Of a DNA stretch of 41,418 nt, positions 18,083 to 27,250 are shown piece by piece. This DNA comes from Candidatus Hadarchaeota archaeon. Lineage in GTDB: Archaea; CAYQAE01; CAYVLA01. A model generated the notes under the pieces. That model was given only the letters and a program-made list of their open reading frames with translations, was not told the DNA's origin and did no database searches. Position 1 is the stretch's first letter, and every line of letters begins with the position of its first letter. The stretch spans positions 1-41,418 of the forward strand of contig CAZUNO010000019.1 in the NCBI GenBank assembly GCA_964621445.1. Direction: 5' to 3'. Position numbers and translations under genes: made by a program.

Positions 18083-19693
18083 CTAGACAAGGGTTACTCC
18101 AGGTATGAGGGGGATCTCCACTCCCTTCTCGAAGAAACGGGTGGCGTTGGCATGTATCCCCGGTTCGGTGTGCATCATCTTAATCCAGGTGCCGGGTTTG
18201 CAGAACACGCCCCACGGAAGCTCGAATGGCCTACCAAGCCTGACGTCCCATAGCTTGTCCACGGGCCCCTCGTGGGACAGATCCATCATGTCGTAGTTGA
18301 TTTTCCTGTAGTCCCATTCTCCTCCGGTCAAATCGGATGCAACCTTTATCCACCACGGAGGATCGCTGTCGGCTATAAGCGCCGTGGGGTCCACATTGAA
18401 CTGGTTTCCGAAATGTCGGGATCTCGATTTCATCATGGCTGGCCAATCGTCGTCACCCTCACCGGTCATTATGTTGATAGACGCCGTTTCCAGGGCGACG
18501 GGGTCCTTACTGGCCGCTGCAAATCCTCCCAGCTTCCGGGGCCCGAACACCAGTGGGCCCTCCCCTTCCTGTCCAACGATCCCGGAGACCAGGCCGAAGG
18601 TCTTAGTACCATTTTCCAGAAGCAGGTTATTGACCGTTCCATTGAGGCTAGCGGCCCTGCTTGCCACGTAGCTCATGGCCATGGTCAGGGTGACCAGGTT
18701 ATTTCCCTCCCTGTGATGGGGGTCCACGTTCATGAGCCAGTGGCCGTTTTCCTTGTAGGCCTTCATGGGACCCGTGCATTCCATGCCGTTGGTAACCACG
18801 ACGTTCTTTGATCTCTTTGCCTTCCTCTTTCGAGCACGAAGGATATCATAATCTAGCCCCTCGCTTGGGCTGAAATCGAATCTCTCCGCTGCCTCCTCGG
18901 AGGAGAAATATGCGAAGGGCATTCCATGTGCATGCCATCTCATCTTGGTGGGGTTCCATCCTATGGAGGAGTTCTTGACGCAGAGCGTGTACATGGTATT
19001 GTTATGCATCTTTGCAATAGGGCAGTTAAGGAAGTACTGGTACTCCTCCTCGAACAGTGACTCCGGCAGCCGGGTATTATCGAAGAAACCCAGATCGTTG
19101 TCCTTGGTTTGAAGATCGTGTTCCACCACCTCCTCGCCCTCCTCATAGAAGTCCACGAAGAAGACGAGGTCCTTGTACTTATCCCTGGAGAAGACATGAG
19201 AGTAGCCATTTTCCAGGAATGCTCGGGGGGTTCCGCCCTCCCACAACATATTCTCTCCCAGGTGGACCTCTCCCACCTCCATTTTCATCAGTGCGTCAAC
19301 CGCCCCGGCCATTATGGCAGGCTGGGTTGCTATGGGCTGTAGATCGGGGTCGGTTACTATGCTGTTCTTCTTAAGGATGGGCCTCAGGAGGGGGCTCCCG
19401 TAGAAAACGCCGACAAATCCGGTGTTATTTGGTTTAAGAAGAACCTTGGCCCCGTCAACCTCTTCATCATCGAAAAGACGTTTAGTCAGCAGATATGATG
19501 CCTGGTAATTCGACCTGATGGGGTCCCGGCTTCCGGTTCTAACCAGATGTACATTACTATCACCTGATCCCAGGGATTCAAGCTGCTCGAATTCCCCATC
19601 ATCCGGTTTTTTGTACCTGGAAACCTGAACTTTCGGCACGAGCCATCCTTCTTCCGACTTCAGCCAGTCCTTTGGTTTATGTCTAGTGAACAA
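18083..19693 (-). CDS. DUF362-domain protein
   Basis: KVLLKPN, T.P...GAVDAL, LNCPIAKMH...TLCVKN..G, GIVGQEGEGP, ASKDPVALE. AGGAG RBS and TTG start. Confidence 0.78.
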   Translation of the reverse strand: MFTRHKPKDWLKSEEGWLVPKVQVSRYKKPDDGEFEQLESLGSGDSNVHLVRTGSRDPIRSNYQASYLLTKRLFDDEEVDGAKVLLKPNNTGFVGVFYGSPLLRPILKKNSIVTDPDLQPIATQPAIMAGAVDALMKMEVGEVHLGENMLWEGGTPRAFLENGYSHVFSRDKYKDLVFFVDFYEEGEEVVEHDLQTKDNDLGFFDNTRLPESLFEEEYQYFLNCPIAKMHNNTMYTLCVKNSSIGWNPTKMRWHAHGMPFAYFSSEEAAERFDFSPSEGLDYDILRARKRKAKRSKNVVVTNGMECTGPMKAYKENGHWLMNVDPHHREGNNLVTLTMAMSYVASRAASLNGTVNNLLLENGTKTFGLVSGIVGQEGEGPLVFGPRKLGGFAAASKDPVALETASINIMTGEGDDDWPAMMKSRSRHFGNQFNVDPTALIADSDPPWWIKVASDLTGGEWDYRKINYDMMDLSHEGPVDKLWDVRLGRPFELPWGVFCKPGTWIKMMHTEPGIHANATRFFEKGVEIPLIPGVTLV

Positions 19694-19905
19694 GTCTCAA
19701 CGCTCCTGCGGCCCCGGTTACTCCCTTGGTAAGGGGACAAGGTCGAATCAGCCCATCCATGGTCAAGGCCGAAAAATGTTTTTCCCCTCGCCATGAAGGC
19801 GGATATGCACCGTATCCTACCGGGATATCTATTTGAGGTTAAGGACGCTCAAGAATGCTTCCCAGTTTTCTTACAGTATCGCTTGCTGGCGCTCAAGTGG
19901 AAGGT

Positions 19906-20964
19906 TTAGAAGTGCCTTGCGTAGAAGTCCAAAATCTCATCGGGAGTTGCGGTGCCCGTGGTCCCTATCTTCTTTATGGTGACTTTAGCGGCCATGTCCC
20001 CTATCTCGGCTGCCTCGCGAAGGGTAGAGTCACTTGCCAGCGCTGCAGCAACCCCGGAATCCACGGTATCACCCGCTCCACAGGTGTCTATCTCTCCGCC
20101 GATCTTCACCGAGGGTACGTGTTCCACTTCATCATCATCGTAGACGGATATGGCCTTTGCACCCCGGGTCACGAAACAGGGATGGTTGAGTTTTCCTGTC
20201 AGCATTCTGCCAGCCCTATCCACTACGGCGTCGGGGGGTATTCCCTCCATGGTCTCCTCGTAAAGGGCGGTGGCCACGGTGGCCTCGAACTCGTTGGGCA
20301 CGGCGTACGTATTCTTGAAGAGCTCTATCCTGGTCCTGCTGTCGGTCACAATCGGGATATCGGTTTCCTCCCCCAATTCGGTTATCCTCTCCAGTATGGA
20401 TTCGGTGACCACCCAGGTCCCGGGGGTATCGGCATAATCCGCGATCACCAGGGCATCGATGAACTCCTTGACCTCGTCCAGTGCATCCAGTATGAGTTCC
20501 TCGCTTTCATCGCTGATACCCTGGGAGTTCTCGATATTGACCAGGCTGACCTGCTGGACTGGAGACCCGTGGGCAGAGGCAAAGAACTTCTCAAAGGTGG
20601 GGGTTGCTCTGGAATCGTCCTTGAAGATGAACCTGGTGTCCATGTCACGCGCCTCGAGCTGACGGGTAAGCTCGAATCCGTGAAGGTCATCGCCGAAAAC
20701 GGTTATTGGATATGTCTTAGGCCCTAGGGCGGCCACGTTGGCACAGACGTTTGCCCCGCCCCCGGGGGAGTATTTGTCAGAATCATTGCCCCTGAGCCTC
20801 ACGATGGGCACCGGTGCCTCCCTGGCAATCCCCTCCATGATTCCGGTGCCATACCTGTCCAGGCAGAGATCCCCGATCACGGCTATTCTTTTTTCAGGGA
20901 ATTCCGTGAGTAGCTGTTCGAGTCTGTCACGCGTTATGGTCAAATTCTCTCCTCTCCACAGCAT
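19906..20964 (-). CDS. PfkB-family sugar kinase, RfaE/HldE domain I type
   Basis: IAVIGDLCLDRY..G....IAREAPVPIV, PGGGANV, PNEFEA, DTCGAGDTV. Confidence 0.88.
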   Translation of the reverse strand: MLWRGENLTITRDRLEQLLTEFPEKRIAVIGDLCLDRYGTGIMEGIAREAPVPIVRLRGNDSDKYSPGGGANVCANVAALGPKTYPITVFGDDLHGFELTRQLEARDMDTRFIFKDDSRATPTFEKFFASAHGSPVQQVSLVNIENSQGISDESEELILDALDEVKEFIDALVIADYADTPGTWVVTESILERITELGEETDIPIVTDSRTRIELFKNTYAVPNEFEATVATALYEETMEGIPPDAVVDRAGRMLTGKLNHPCFVTRGAKAISVYDDDEVEHVPSVKIGGEIDTCGAGDTVDSGVAAALASDSTLREAAEIGDMAAKVTIKKIGTTGTATPDEILDFYARHF

Positions 20965-21000
20965 GAATCCCCTTCTCTTAAAAATAATCACGCAAAATCC

Positions 21001-21918
21001 TTAATCGAGGGTGGTCTGTTGGCCATCGGACCCCGTCAGGGCGGAATTGCCCCTCTGGACTACCCTTTCAATGGTTTTCCTTCCTATCTTCATTTCGGAT
21101 GTGAGATAATCAAGGGATTCATTAAGGTCTGGTTTTCTCCATTCTGAATTCCATTCATCGATTACCGGCGGGTTCCGGAAATATTCCTCGACCCGGTAGA
21201 GCTCCTTCCGGGTTTCTTCCTGGAGTCCGATTCCCTCCAACATCTGCTCCAGGGAGTCGCACTCCTTAGCCAATGAAAGCGAACGCTTTGGTCCGTATCC
21301 GCGTATTCCGCCCGGGTTATAGTCGGTTCCCATTAGAATAGCCATGTCGATGAGAGATCGGTGGTCGATCTCCAGTTCCTCAAGGTTTGATGATAGATCG
21401 ACCATTTCCAATTCCTGGTCACTTATGGACCTAACCATCCTGTTGGCACCAAATAGAAGGGCATCATAGTCGTTGGTAATGACCGCCGAGAAACCATAGC
21501 TGGTCATATGGCTTGCCTGGCTCTCCGCCTCTTCCGGGGCCTGGACCCAAGGTACTCCCAGCACCTCCAGCGCCTTCTTCATCTGGGAGCACATGTCCGA
21601 GGTTATCTTGAAACCGCTCCTTCTTGTCCTAGCAGCTCTTTTCTTCATTGTTTCCCGCTTTAGATCGGGTGGTTTGCCATCGAAAACGAACAGGGGGAGA
21701 ACTCCGGCTTCGTAGAGCACCGAGACCTGATTACACAGGCCGATCAAATGACCGATCTCCTCCCCGTTCGGGTTGGTATATGGTGAACCGTCCGGGTTCT
21801 TGATCTGGAAATAATGCCTGTAGATAACGTTGCCCACGTCAACGGTCATCTTCTTTGGTTCTATCTGTGATACCGGAATATGGTCCTTAGTGACCAATTT
21901 TCCGAGATTGACGCCCGT
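21001..21918 (-). CDS. fen: flap endonuclease 1 (FEN1/XPG) family nuclease, divergent; probable ACG start
   Basis: (ACG)GVNLGKLV N-terminus, HLIGL, FVFDGKPP.LK, VQAPEEAESQA, TNDYDALLFGA, ILMGTDYNPGGIRGYGPK, C-terminal QQTTLD. Confidence 0.88.
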   Translation of the reverse strand, partial: TGVNLGKLVTKDHIPVSQIEPKKMTVDVGNVIYRHYFQIKNPDGSPYTNPNGEEIGHLIGLCNQVSVLYEAGVLPLFVFDGKPPDLKRETMKKRAARTRRSGFKITSDMCSQMKKALEVLGVPWVQAPEEAESQASHMTSYGFSAVITNDYDALLFGANRMVRSISDQELEMVDLSSNLEELEIDHRSLIDMAILMGTDYNPGGIRGYGPKRSLSLAKECDSLEQMLEGIGLQEETRKELYRVEEYFRNPPVIDEWNSEWRKPDLNESLDYLTSEMKIGRKTIERVVQRGNSALTGSDGQQTTLD

Positions 21919-21932
21919 TTGGAACCTCTCCT

Positions 21933-22334
21933 CTATTCCTCAACCACGCTGACCTGCACTTTCCGGCTTCGGGGACCATCAAATTCGCAGAAAAAGATCT
22001 TCTGCCAGGTTCCCAGGTTAATATGACCATTTCTTATGGCTGCGTTGGCGGAATTGCCAACCAGTGTGGATTTGATATGGGCCGCGGAATTCCCCTCCCT
22101 GTGCTGGTAATCATCCCTCCAGGGGACCATATCCCCCAGCTTGTTGATTATGTCCCTGACCACCGCAGGGTCTGCTCCCTCATTTATGGTTATGGCCGCG
22201 GTGGTGTGGGGGGCGTAGACCATGCATAACCCATTAGATATCCCGGTCTGGTCCACCACATCCTGTACCTTTGAGGTTATGTCGATCATCTCGGATTTCT
22301 CTGATGTGCTTACTCCGAATTCCTTTAATGCCAT
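21933..22334 (-). CDS. yjbQ: YjbQ / UPF0047 family protein
   Basis: PHTTAAITINE.ADP, H.EGNSAAHIKS, LGTWQ.IFFCEFDGPR.R. Confidence 0.92.
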   Translation of the reverse strand: MALKEFGVSTSEKSEMIDITSKVQDVVDQTGISNGLCMVYAPHTTAAITINEGADPAVVRDIINKLGDMVPWRDDYQHREGNSAAHIKSTLVGNSANAAIRNGHINLGTWQKIFFCEFDGPRSRKVQVSVVEE

Positions 22335-22436
22335 TTTGATCCCTAAGTATATACCCAATAATGGTCCCTTATTTCTTCTTCCTTTGGGCCTAAAACCGTC
22401 ACATTAAAGGTTAACAGCTACAGAACATCCGCGAGG

Positions 22437-23204
22437 CTGGTCCGTATTCCAATTTTCGATTCGCTCAAATACAAAGCAGGGATATTCGATGTAAGGAATA
22501 CCCTGGTAGATCTGAGTGAGGAATACAAGGAGAGGATGTATCTTAACATAATTAGGGATTTCGGTAAAAAGAAGGGCAACAAGTACCTAAGCACCTTCAA
22601 CAAAGACGACCTCGAGCAGCTCCTAAACATGGGTTACAAAAGAAGGATGGAGGCTCTCTCCAGATTCGGGCTCGACGAAGAGGCCTTTAACCGGGCCTGG
22701 TTGACGGAGGAGGCCATGCAGGTCAGGATGGATTGCAGCCGAGTTCAGCCCGATGCGGGCGCGCTCCGGATTCTAAAGGAGAAGGGGGTGAAACTGGCGG
22801 TCATCACCTCGGCCCCAAAGAGGGCCGCTGACGTCGACATAGGAATTCTGAAGGGAAGAATTGGAAGCAGGATATTCAACGAGGTGGTGATGCCATCCTA
22901 CGAGCCGACCCTATCGGGGAAGCCAGACCCTTCCTCAGTGGAGGCATGCCTGGAGAGGCTTTCCGTTTCACCCCAGGAGGCCTTTGGTGTTGGGGACTCA
23001 GAGAGGGATCTGGAGACCTACCAGGCAGCCGGCGTTCTGGATGTTTTGCTGGACCGCTCGGGGAATAGTAGTGAAATCGATATGTCGATTGAACCCTCGG
23101 TCATAATTCAAGGTCTGGAAGAGCTATTGCCACTGGTCGTGGAGAGGGGAATTCTCTCCCGTATATTCAATAGGAACTGGGGATCTCCGAAAATATCAGG
23201 TTAG
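22437..23204 (+). CDS. HAD-superfamily hydrolase (degenerate motif I); probable CTG start
   Basis: KAGIFDVRNTLVD lies in frame upstream of the first ATG (22536). Also LAVITS, KPDP and VGDSERD motifs. Confidence 0.75.
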   Translation: MVRIPIFDSLKYKAGIFDVRNTLVDLSEEYKERMYLNIIRDFGKKKGNKYLSTFNKDDLEQLLNMGYKRRMEALSRFGLDEEAFNRAWLTEEAMQVRMDCSRVQPDAGALRILKEKGVKLAVITSAPKRAADVDIGILKGRIGSRIFNEVVMPSYEPTLSGKPDPSSVEACLERLSVSPQEAFGVGDSERDLETYQAAGVLDVLLDRSGNSSEIDMSIEPSVIIQGLEELLPLVVERGILSRIFNRNWGSPKISG

Positions 23205-23729
23205 ACGGATGGGTACGGCAATACCGGATGCGTTTTCGGGCTTTTCATGATCCATATCTAGGTCGGCCCCGGCGATGGGAGCTACCTCGTCAAAACCCCA
23301 GGAAAGGACCTCCTTTCTCAGGGAAGTTATGCGTTCGTTGGCGATTTCCAAGAGGGCAATCCTCACCGCGGTTCGGTATAAGCCGGTGCCATTAAGCTGC
23401 TTTACGACCGCCTGGTTCCTGTCCATGCGTTCCTCCAGCTCCCGGTATACTCTCTCCGTTCTTTTGTAAAGATCGGAAAGGTCGTGTTTCCTTGACTTCT
23501 TGAGCACATAGGCCGCGGCGGGGGATAGTTCATCGCGGGACAAATCGTCAACGGTACTTAGAAGTTCCATGATCAATCTGTGCTTCTGTGACTCGCTAGG
23601 TCTGGGTGGCTTTTTCCTTAGGCGATCGAAATTGAAAATGTCGATCTTTGGTTTGTGAACCTTGTGGGTTACAGATGCAATCAGTGCGCCGACGGCGCAC
23701 GCTAGGACAATACCAAATAGGGATTCCAT
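23196..23729 (-). CDS. hypothetical protein with N-terminal TM anchor
   Basis: GGAGG RBS and strong upstream BRE-TATA. No family motif recognised. Confidence 0.65.
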   Translation of the reverse strand: MESLFGIVLACAVGALIASVTHKVHKPKIDIFNFDRLRKKPPRPSESQKHRLIMELLSTVDDLSRDELSPAAAYVLKKSRKHDLSDLYKRTERVYRELEERMDRNQAVVKQLNGTGLYRTAVRIALLEIANERITSLRKEVLSWGFDEVAPIAGADLDMDHEKPENASGIAVPIRLT

Positions 23730-23826
23730 TGTCAAGGGGCTATGCCTCCAATCTCAGGTCTACGGTCGGCTTCCGGTCGGCATCTCACCGACACAGGAGG
23801 GGTTGGAAAACAAATTGCAATCCCAA

Positions 23827-23841
23827 CTTATATATTTTTCG
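23827..23841 (-). promoter_or_regulatory. BRE-TATA promoter
   Basis: Minus strand CGAAAAATATATAAG, close to archaeal consensus. Confidence 0.7.
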
Positions 23842-23923
23842 GGATATTAAGGACATATGAGATTCAACATGAAATGATATCCTGCTTATGTTTTGGATTG
23901 AAAACGGATTTTGGGGTCTGGAT

Positions 23924-25114
23924 CTATGCCAGGTCCAGATCCCTGTTGATCTCATCTTGATAGACCTCTAAATCCAGATTCATGACCTCGTCCATCGACA
24001 CCGTTTCCCCGCTCTCGGAGGACTCGAAAATGGCCATGGGCAAGGCCTGGGCCTTTGCTCCCATCTCCCCATCAACCTCTGGTTCACCGCCCTCCAGTAT
24101 TGCCCTAGCGAAATCCCACAACTCGATGGCCACGGTGGATTTGAAATCGCCGCGAATTCCGATTCCACCCGGGAACATCCGATCTTTTTCCTGGTCATCC
24201 ATCTCGGCAAGCATCCACCTGATCAGCTCCTCCTTGCCAACCGTTTTCTGTCCCCTGGGATTCATGGTCTCCGTGATAAGGCCGTTGTTCCAGCCCACGG
24301 ATCCCTTTACACCGTAGATAACCCTCTGATCGAGCTTCTCGCCCGGAGCGACGTCCGTCCATGTCCATACGCCCGAGGCCCCGCTTTCAAAGCTTATGAG
24401 GGCCAGACTGAGGTCCTCCACCGTATAGGGGCGTGAGCCCTTTCTCTCAGGCCAGGAGTCGTAACGGGTGTCCTCAAGGGTCTTGGTAACGGCCGATACC
24501 TCCTCTATAGGTCCTAAATTGTAGATGAAAAGATCGGCGTAGTGGACTCCCCCGTCCAGAATCCATCCACCCCCCGCCTTCATCTTGTCGTGTCTCCATC
24601 CCCAGGACCCGAGGGAGTAATTCAACTGCTGCCAGAAAATCATTCTGGGGTCCCCTATCTTCCCGGTTTCCAGCGCCCAGTGGATGGCCCGGTTCTCCGA
24701 GTTTCTCCTGTAGTTCTCCGCCACGGCCAGGGTCACGCCCTGATCGTCTGCGGCCTCGATCATCATCCTGCCTGTTCGCATGGTTATGGCCAGCGGCTTC
24801 TCGACCATTACGTTCAGTCCCGCTTCCATGCAGGGAAGGGCAATGGAGTGATGTGAACGGTGTTCGGTGCAGATATCGACGGCATCGAGCTGCTCCTGCC
24901 CCAGCATCTCCTCTAGATCGGTGTAGGTGTGGGGTGTTTTTTCCTGGAACTCGGAGATCTGGGACGCCCTTGCCATTGCCGCTTTTGCGTTTAGATCGCA
25001 GGTAGCTTCCACCTCCAGGTTAGAGACCCCGACCTCATGGAGTTCAGCTAGCCCCCGGACATGTGCGTTTGATATGCCACCGCAACCTATGATTGCCATC
25101 CTGACCTTATCCAT
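23924..25114 (-). CDS. Gfo/Idh/MocA family oxidoreductase
   Basis: AIIGCGGIS..H, DAVDICT.H..H, VMVEKPLA, GGGWILDGGVHYAD. Confidence 0.92.
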   Translation of the reverse strand: MDKVRMAIIGCGGISNAHVRGLAELHEVGVSNLEVEATCDLNAKAAMARASQISEFQEKTPHTYTDLEEMLGQEQLDAVDICTEHRSHHSIALPCMEAGLNVMVEKPLAITMRTGRMMIEAADDQGVTLAVAENYRRNSENRAIHWALETGKIGDPRMIFWQQLNYSLGSWGWRHDKMKAGGGWILDGGVHYADLFIYNLGPIEEVSAVTKTLEDTRYDSWPERKGSRPYTVEDLSLALISFESGASGVWTWTDVAPGEKLDQRVIYGVKGSVGWNNGLITETMNPRGQKTVGKEELIRWMLAEMDDQEKDRMFPGGIGIRGDFKSTVAIELWDFARAILEGGEPEVDGEMGAKAQALPMAIFESSESGETVSMDEVMNLDLEVYQDEINRDLDLA

Positions 25115-25173
25115 CCAATCACGACCTGGGAGTCTTGGTGGTGGCCATAAAAATGGAACATGGTGGAGGTTAT

Positions 25174-25920
25174 CTAGAGAATATAGAGGCTGATCATCAT
25201 GATGAACATTCCAAGAAACAGTCCGTACATACCATGGTGAAGATCTCCGTAGCGGTTGGCCACTGGGATCAGCTCATCGAAACAGATGAAGACCATGATT
25301 CCACCGACCAGGGCAAGAACCGATGATAGGACAGAGTCGGTTAGAAAGGGGAGAAGGAGAAGATAGCCGATCACGGCACCGGCGGGTTCCGCCAGGCCAG
25401 AGAGAAGGGAGTAAAAGAAGGCCTTCCGCCGGTCGCCAGATGCGTAAAAAATGGGCACGGAGACGCAGACCCCCTCGGGGATATTGTGTATGGCGATGGC
25501 CAAGGCAATGGGGATGCCCAGGTTGGGGGAGCTAATTGATACGGCAAGTACCGCCAAGCCCTCCGGGAAGTTGTGTATCGCAATGCCCAGGGCGGTCATG
25601 ATGCCCACCCTTTCAAGTCTCCAGGTCTGGGCGTCCTCGCGGGTATCCATATGGGTGTGAGGAATAATCCTGTCAAGTATGAACATTGCCCCTATACCCC
25701 CGAAAAAGGAAAGGTTGGCCATCAGAAATCCCACCTCGGTAATGGCCTGGGCAAGCAGCTCGGCGAAGGATATGTAGATCATTACCCCGGCCGAGAATCC
25801 GAGCAGGATTGAGAGACAGCTGAGCTTGGGTTTCCTGATGAGGTAAGCGATGGAGCTTCCTATACCCGTGGACAAACCGGCGAGCGAGGTCAGTAGAAAG
25901 GCGAATGCAATCCTCTGCAT
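25174..25920 (-). CDS. zupT: ZIP-family zinc transporter ZupT
   Basis: LAGLSTGIG, FSAGVMIYISF.E, IAIHNFPEG, IAIHNIPEG, SGLAEP.GA, DELIP.A. Confidence 0.92.
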   Translation of the reverse strand: MQRIAFAFLLTSLAGLSTGIGSSIAYLIRKPKLSCLSILLGFSAGVMIYISFAELLAQAITEVGFLMANLSFFGGIGAMFILDRIIPHTHMDTREDAQTWRLERVGIMTALGIAIHNFPEGLAVLAVSISSPNLGIPIALAIAIHNIPEGVCVSVPIFYASGDRRKAFFYSLLSGLAEPAGAVIGYLLLLPFLTDSVLSSVLALVGGIMVFICFDELIPVANRYGDLHHGMYGLFLGMFIMMISLYIL

Positions 25921-25940
25921 GTTTATTACCCGAGAACCAG

Positions 25941-27184
25941 CTAGCGGCTGGTTCTTGTGATTGATGCCTTCCTGAAAAGCCTTTTTCTAATCATCAGCTG
26001 ATCCAGCACGAAGCCGGTAATCATGAGGGCCGAGACTATGACCAACCACTCTACGGTGTATACCCAGAGAAGCGCCCTTTCCCTTATTCTCATGGCCTCC
26101 CTTCCCAGCTCCTCGAGGGCGGATATGGAGTTTCGGGATAATTCGATTGCCCCCTGAACATCGCCCTCCAGGTAAAGCTCGTTGGACTCCTTCAGCTGCT
26201 CCCGGATGGATGAAAGCTTGCGATCCAGGGGATTGGTGTTTGCCCCGAACTTGCCCACGAATGAAAACAGGTCCACTATGTATGAGTGTTGGTGGTGAAA
26301 ATCCGAGATGGACTGCCTGTATTCGTGGACCAGCCGTATGTTTTCCAGGTATTCCCGACCGGATACGTCGAGGAGATAATTGATCAATATGTCCTGGCCA
26401 AATTCATTCCGGGTGGGGTTCCTTATACCCGACCACCAGGAGTGGCCAAGGAAGGATTCGAAGGCGTTGGTTTTACCCTCACCGTATTTCCAGATAACCG
26501 AGGCTGAGGCCCTGGATGCAAAGTTGTATCCCGTATAGAATTCCGATTCCATCCAGCCATAGCTCGTTGATCCCTCCCTGGGAAGGATGATTCGTGTCCG
26601 GCCGCCGACCACGTCTTCGATGCCCAGGGGAACAAAGGGAAGAAGCGGGTTGCTTTCCAACTGTTTGTTGACCCTGATCTGGAAGATCTTGTCATAGGAA
26701 ATACCCGAGTTCCATAGCTCCTTGACTGCCAGCACGTCGTTGGCAAAGATCTCCCAGATACCGGAAGCTATCCAGCTGGGATGCAGGGGACCGCTCATGC
26801 CACCCATATCCGTGGCGGCACCGACTCCCGATTCGACTGCCTTCTTTATCATCTGTATGTACTGTGCCCTAAAGAACCGCACATCGCCCCCGCTAAACAG
26901 AATGCATTCATATTCCCTCAGGCTTCTTCATTGCGCGGGAAGTAGATCCTCAGGGTTCTCCTGGCGCTCTCTGCGGTGATGGTTTCGGCATCGTAGAACC
27001 TGGTGGGTACGAGTGTTGCTTCGAATCCGGGGTCCTGGGATAACCACGATGATACCGGTGTGGTTACAGGAGAAACTGAGCCGACGGCAAAGACGCTGAC
27101 CTTTTCCTGCGCCTGAGAATTTCCACATAACAGGGACAGGGCGATCATTATCAGTATGTATCTCAGGTAACGGCCCATGTCCAA
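25941..27184 (-). pseudogene. paralog of 4004-5206 split by a single-base frameshift at about 26921 (pseudogene or sequencing error)
   Basis: RIYFPRNEEA* continues in the -1 frame as LREYECILFSGGDVRFFRAQ, aligning with RLYLPRTEEELFSKHDAAIF. Shares FV.KFGANT and ALLWVY.VEW-TM-RKR. Confidence 0.8.
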
Positions 27185-27250
27185 GGGGAACCATATTCTT
27201 GTTTTAAATGCTAACCAGGAGGGGTGCCTCTTCAGATGGATTTACCCCAT

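Noticed and set aside
19855-20727. 290-aa plus-strand ORF and other long antisense ORFs
   Set aside because: These are shadows of well-supported genes on the opposite strand, with no motifs.
14657-27184. BHB introns in mRNAs as an explanation of the broken MFS and paralog genes (also considered for the serpin)
   Set aside because: The lesions are deletions or point stops rather than insertions, and no BHB fold was found at the breaks.
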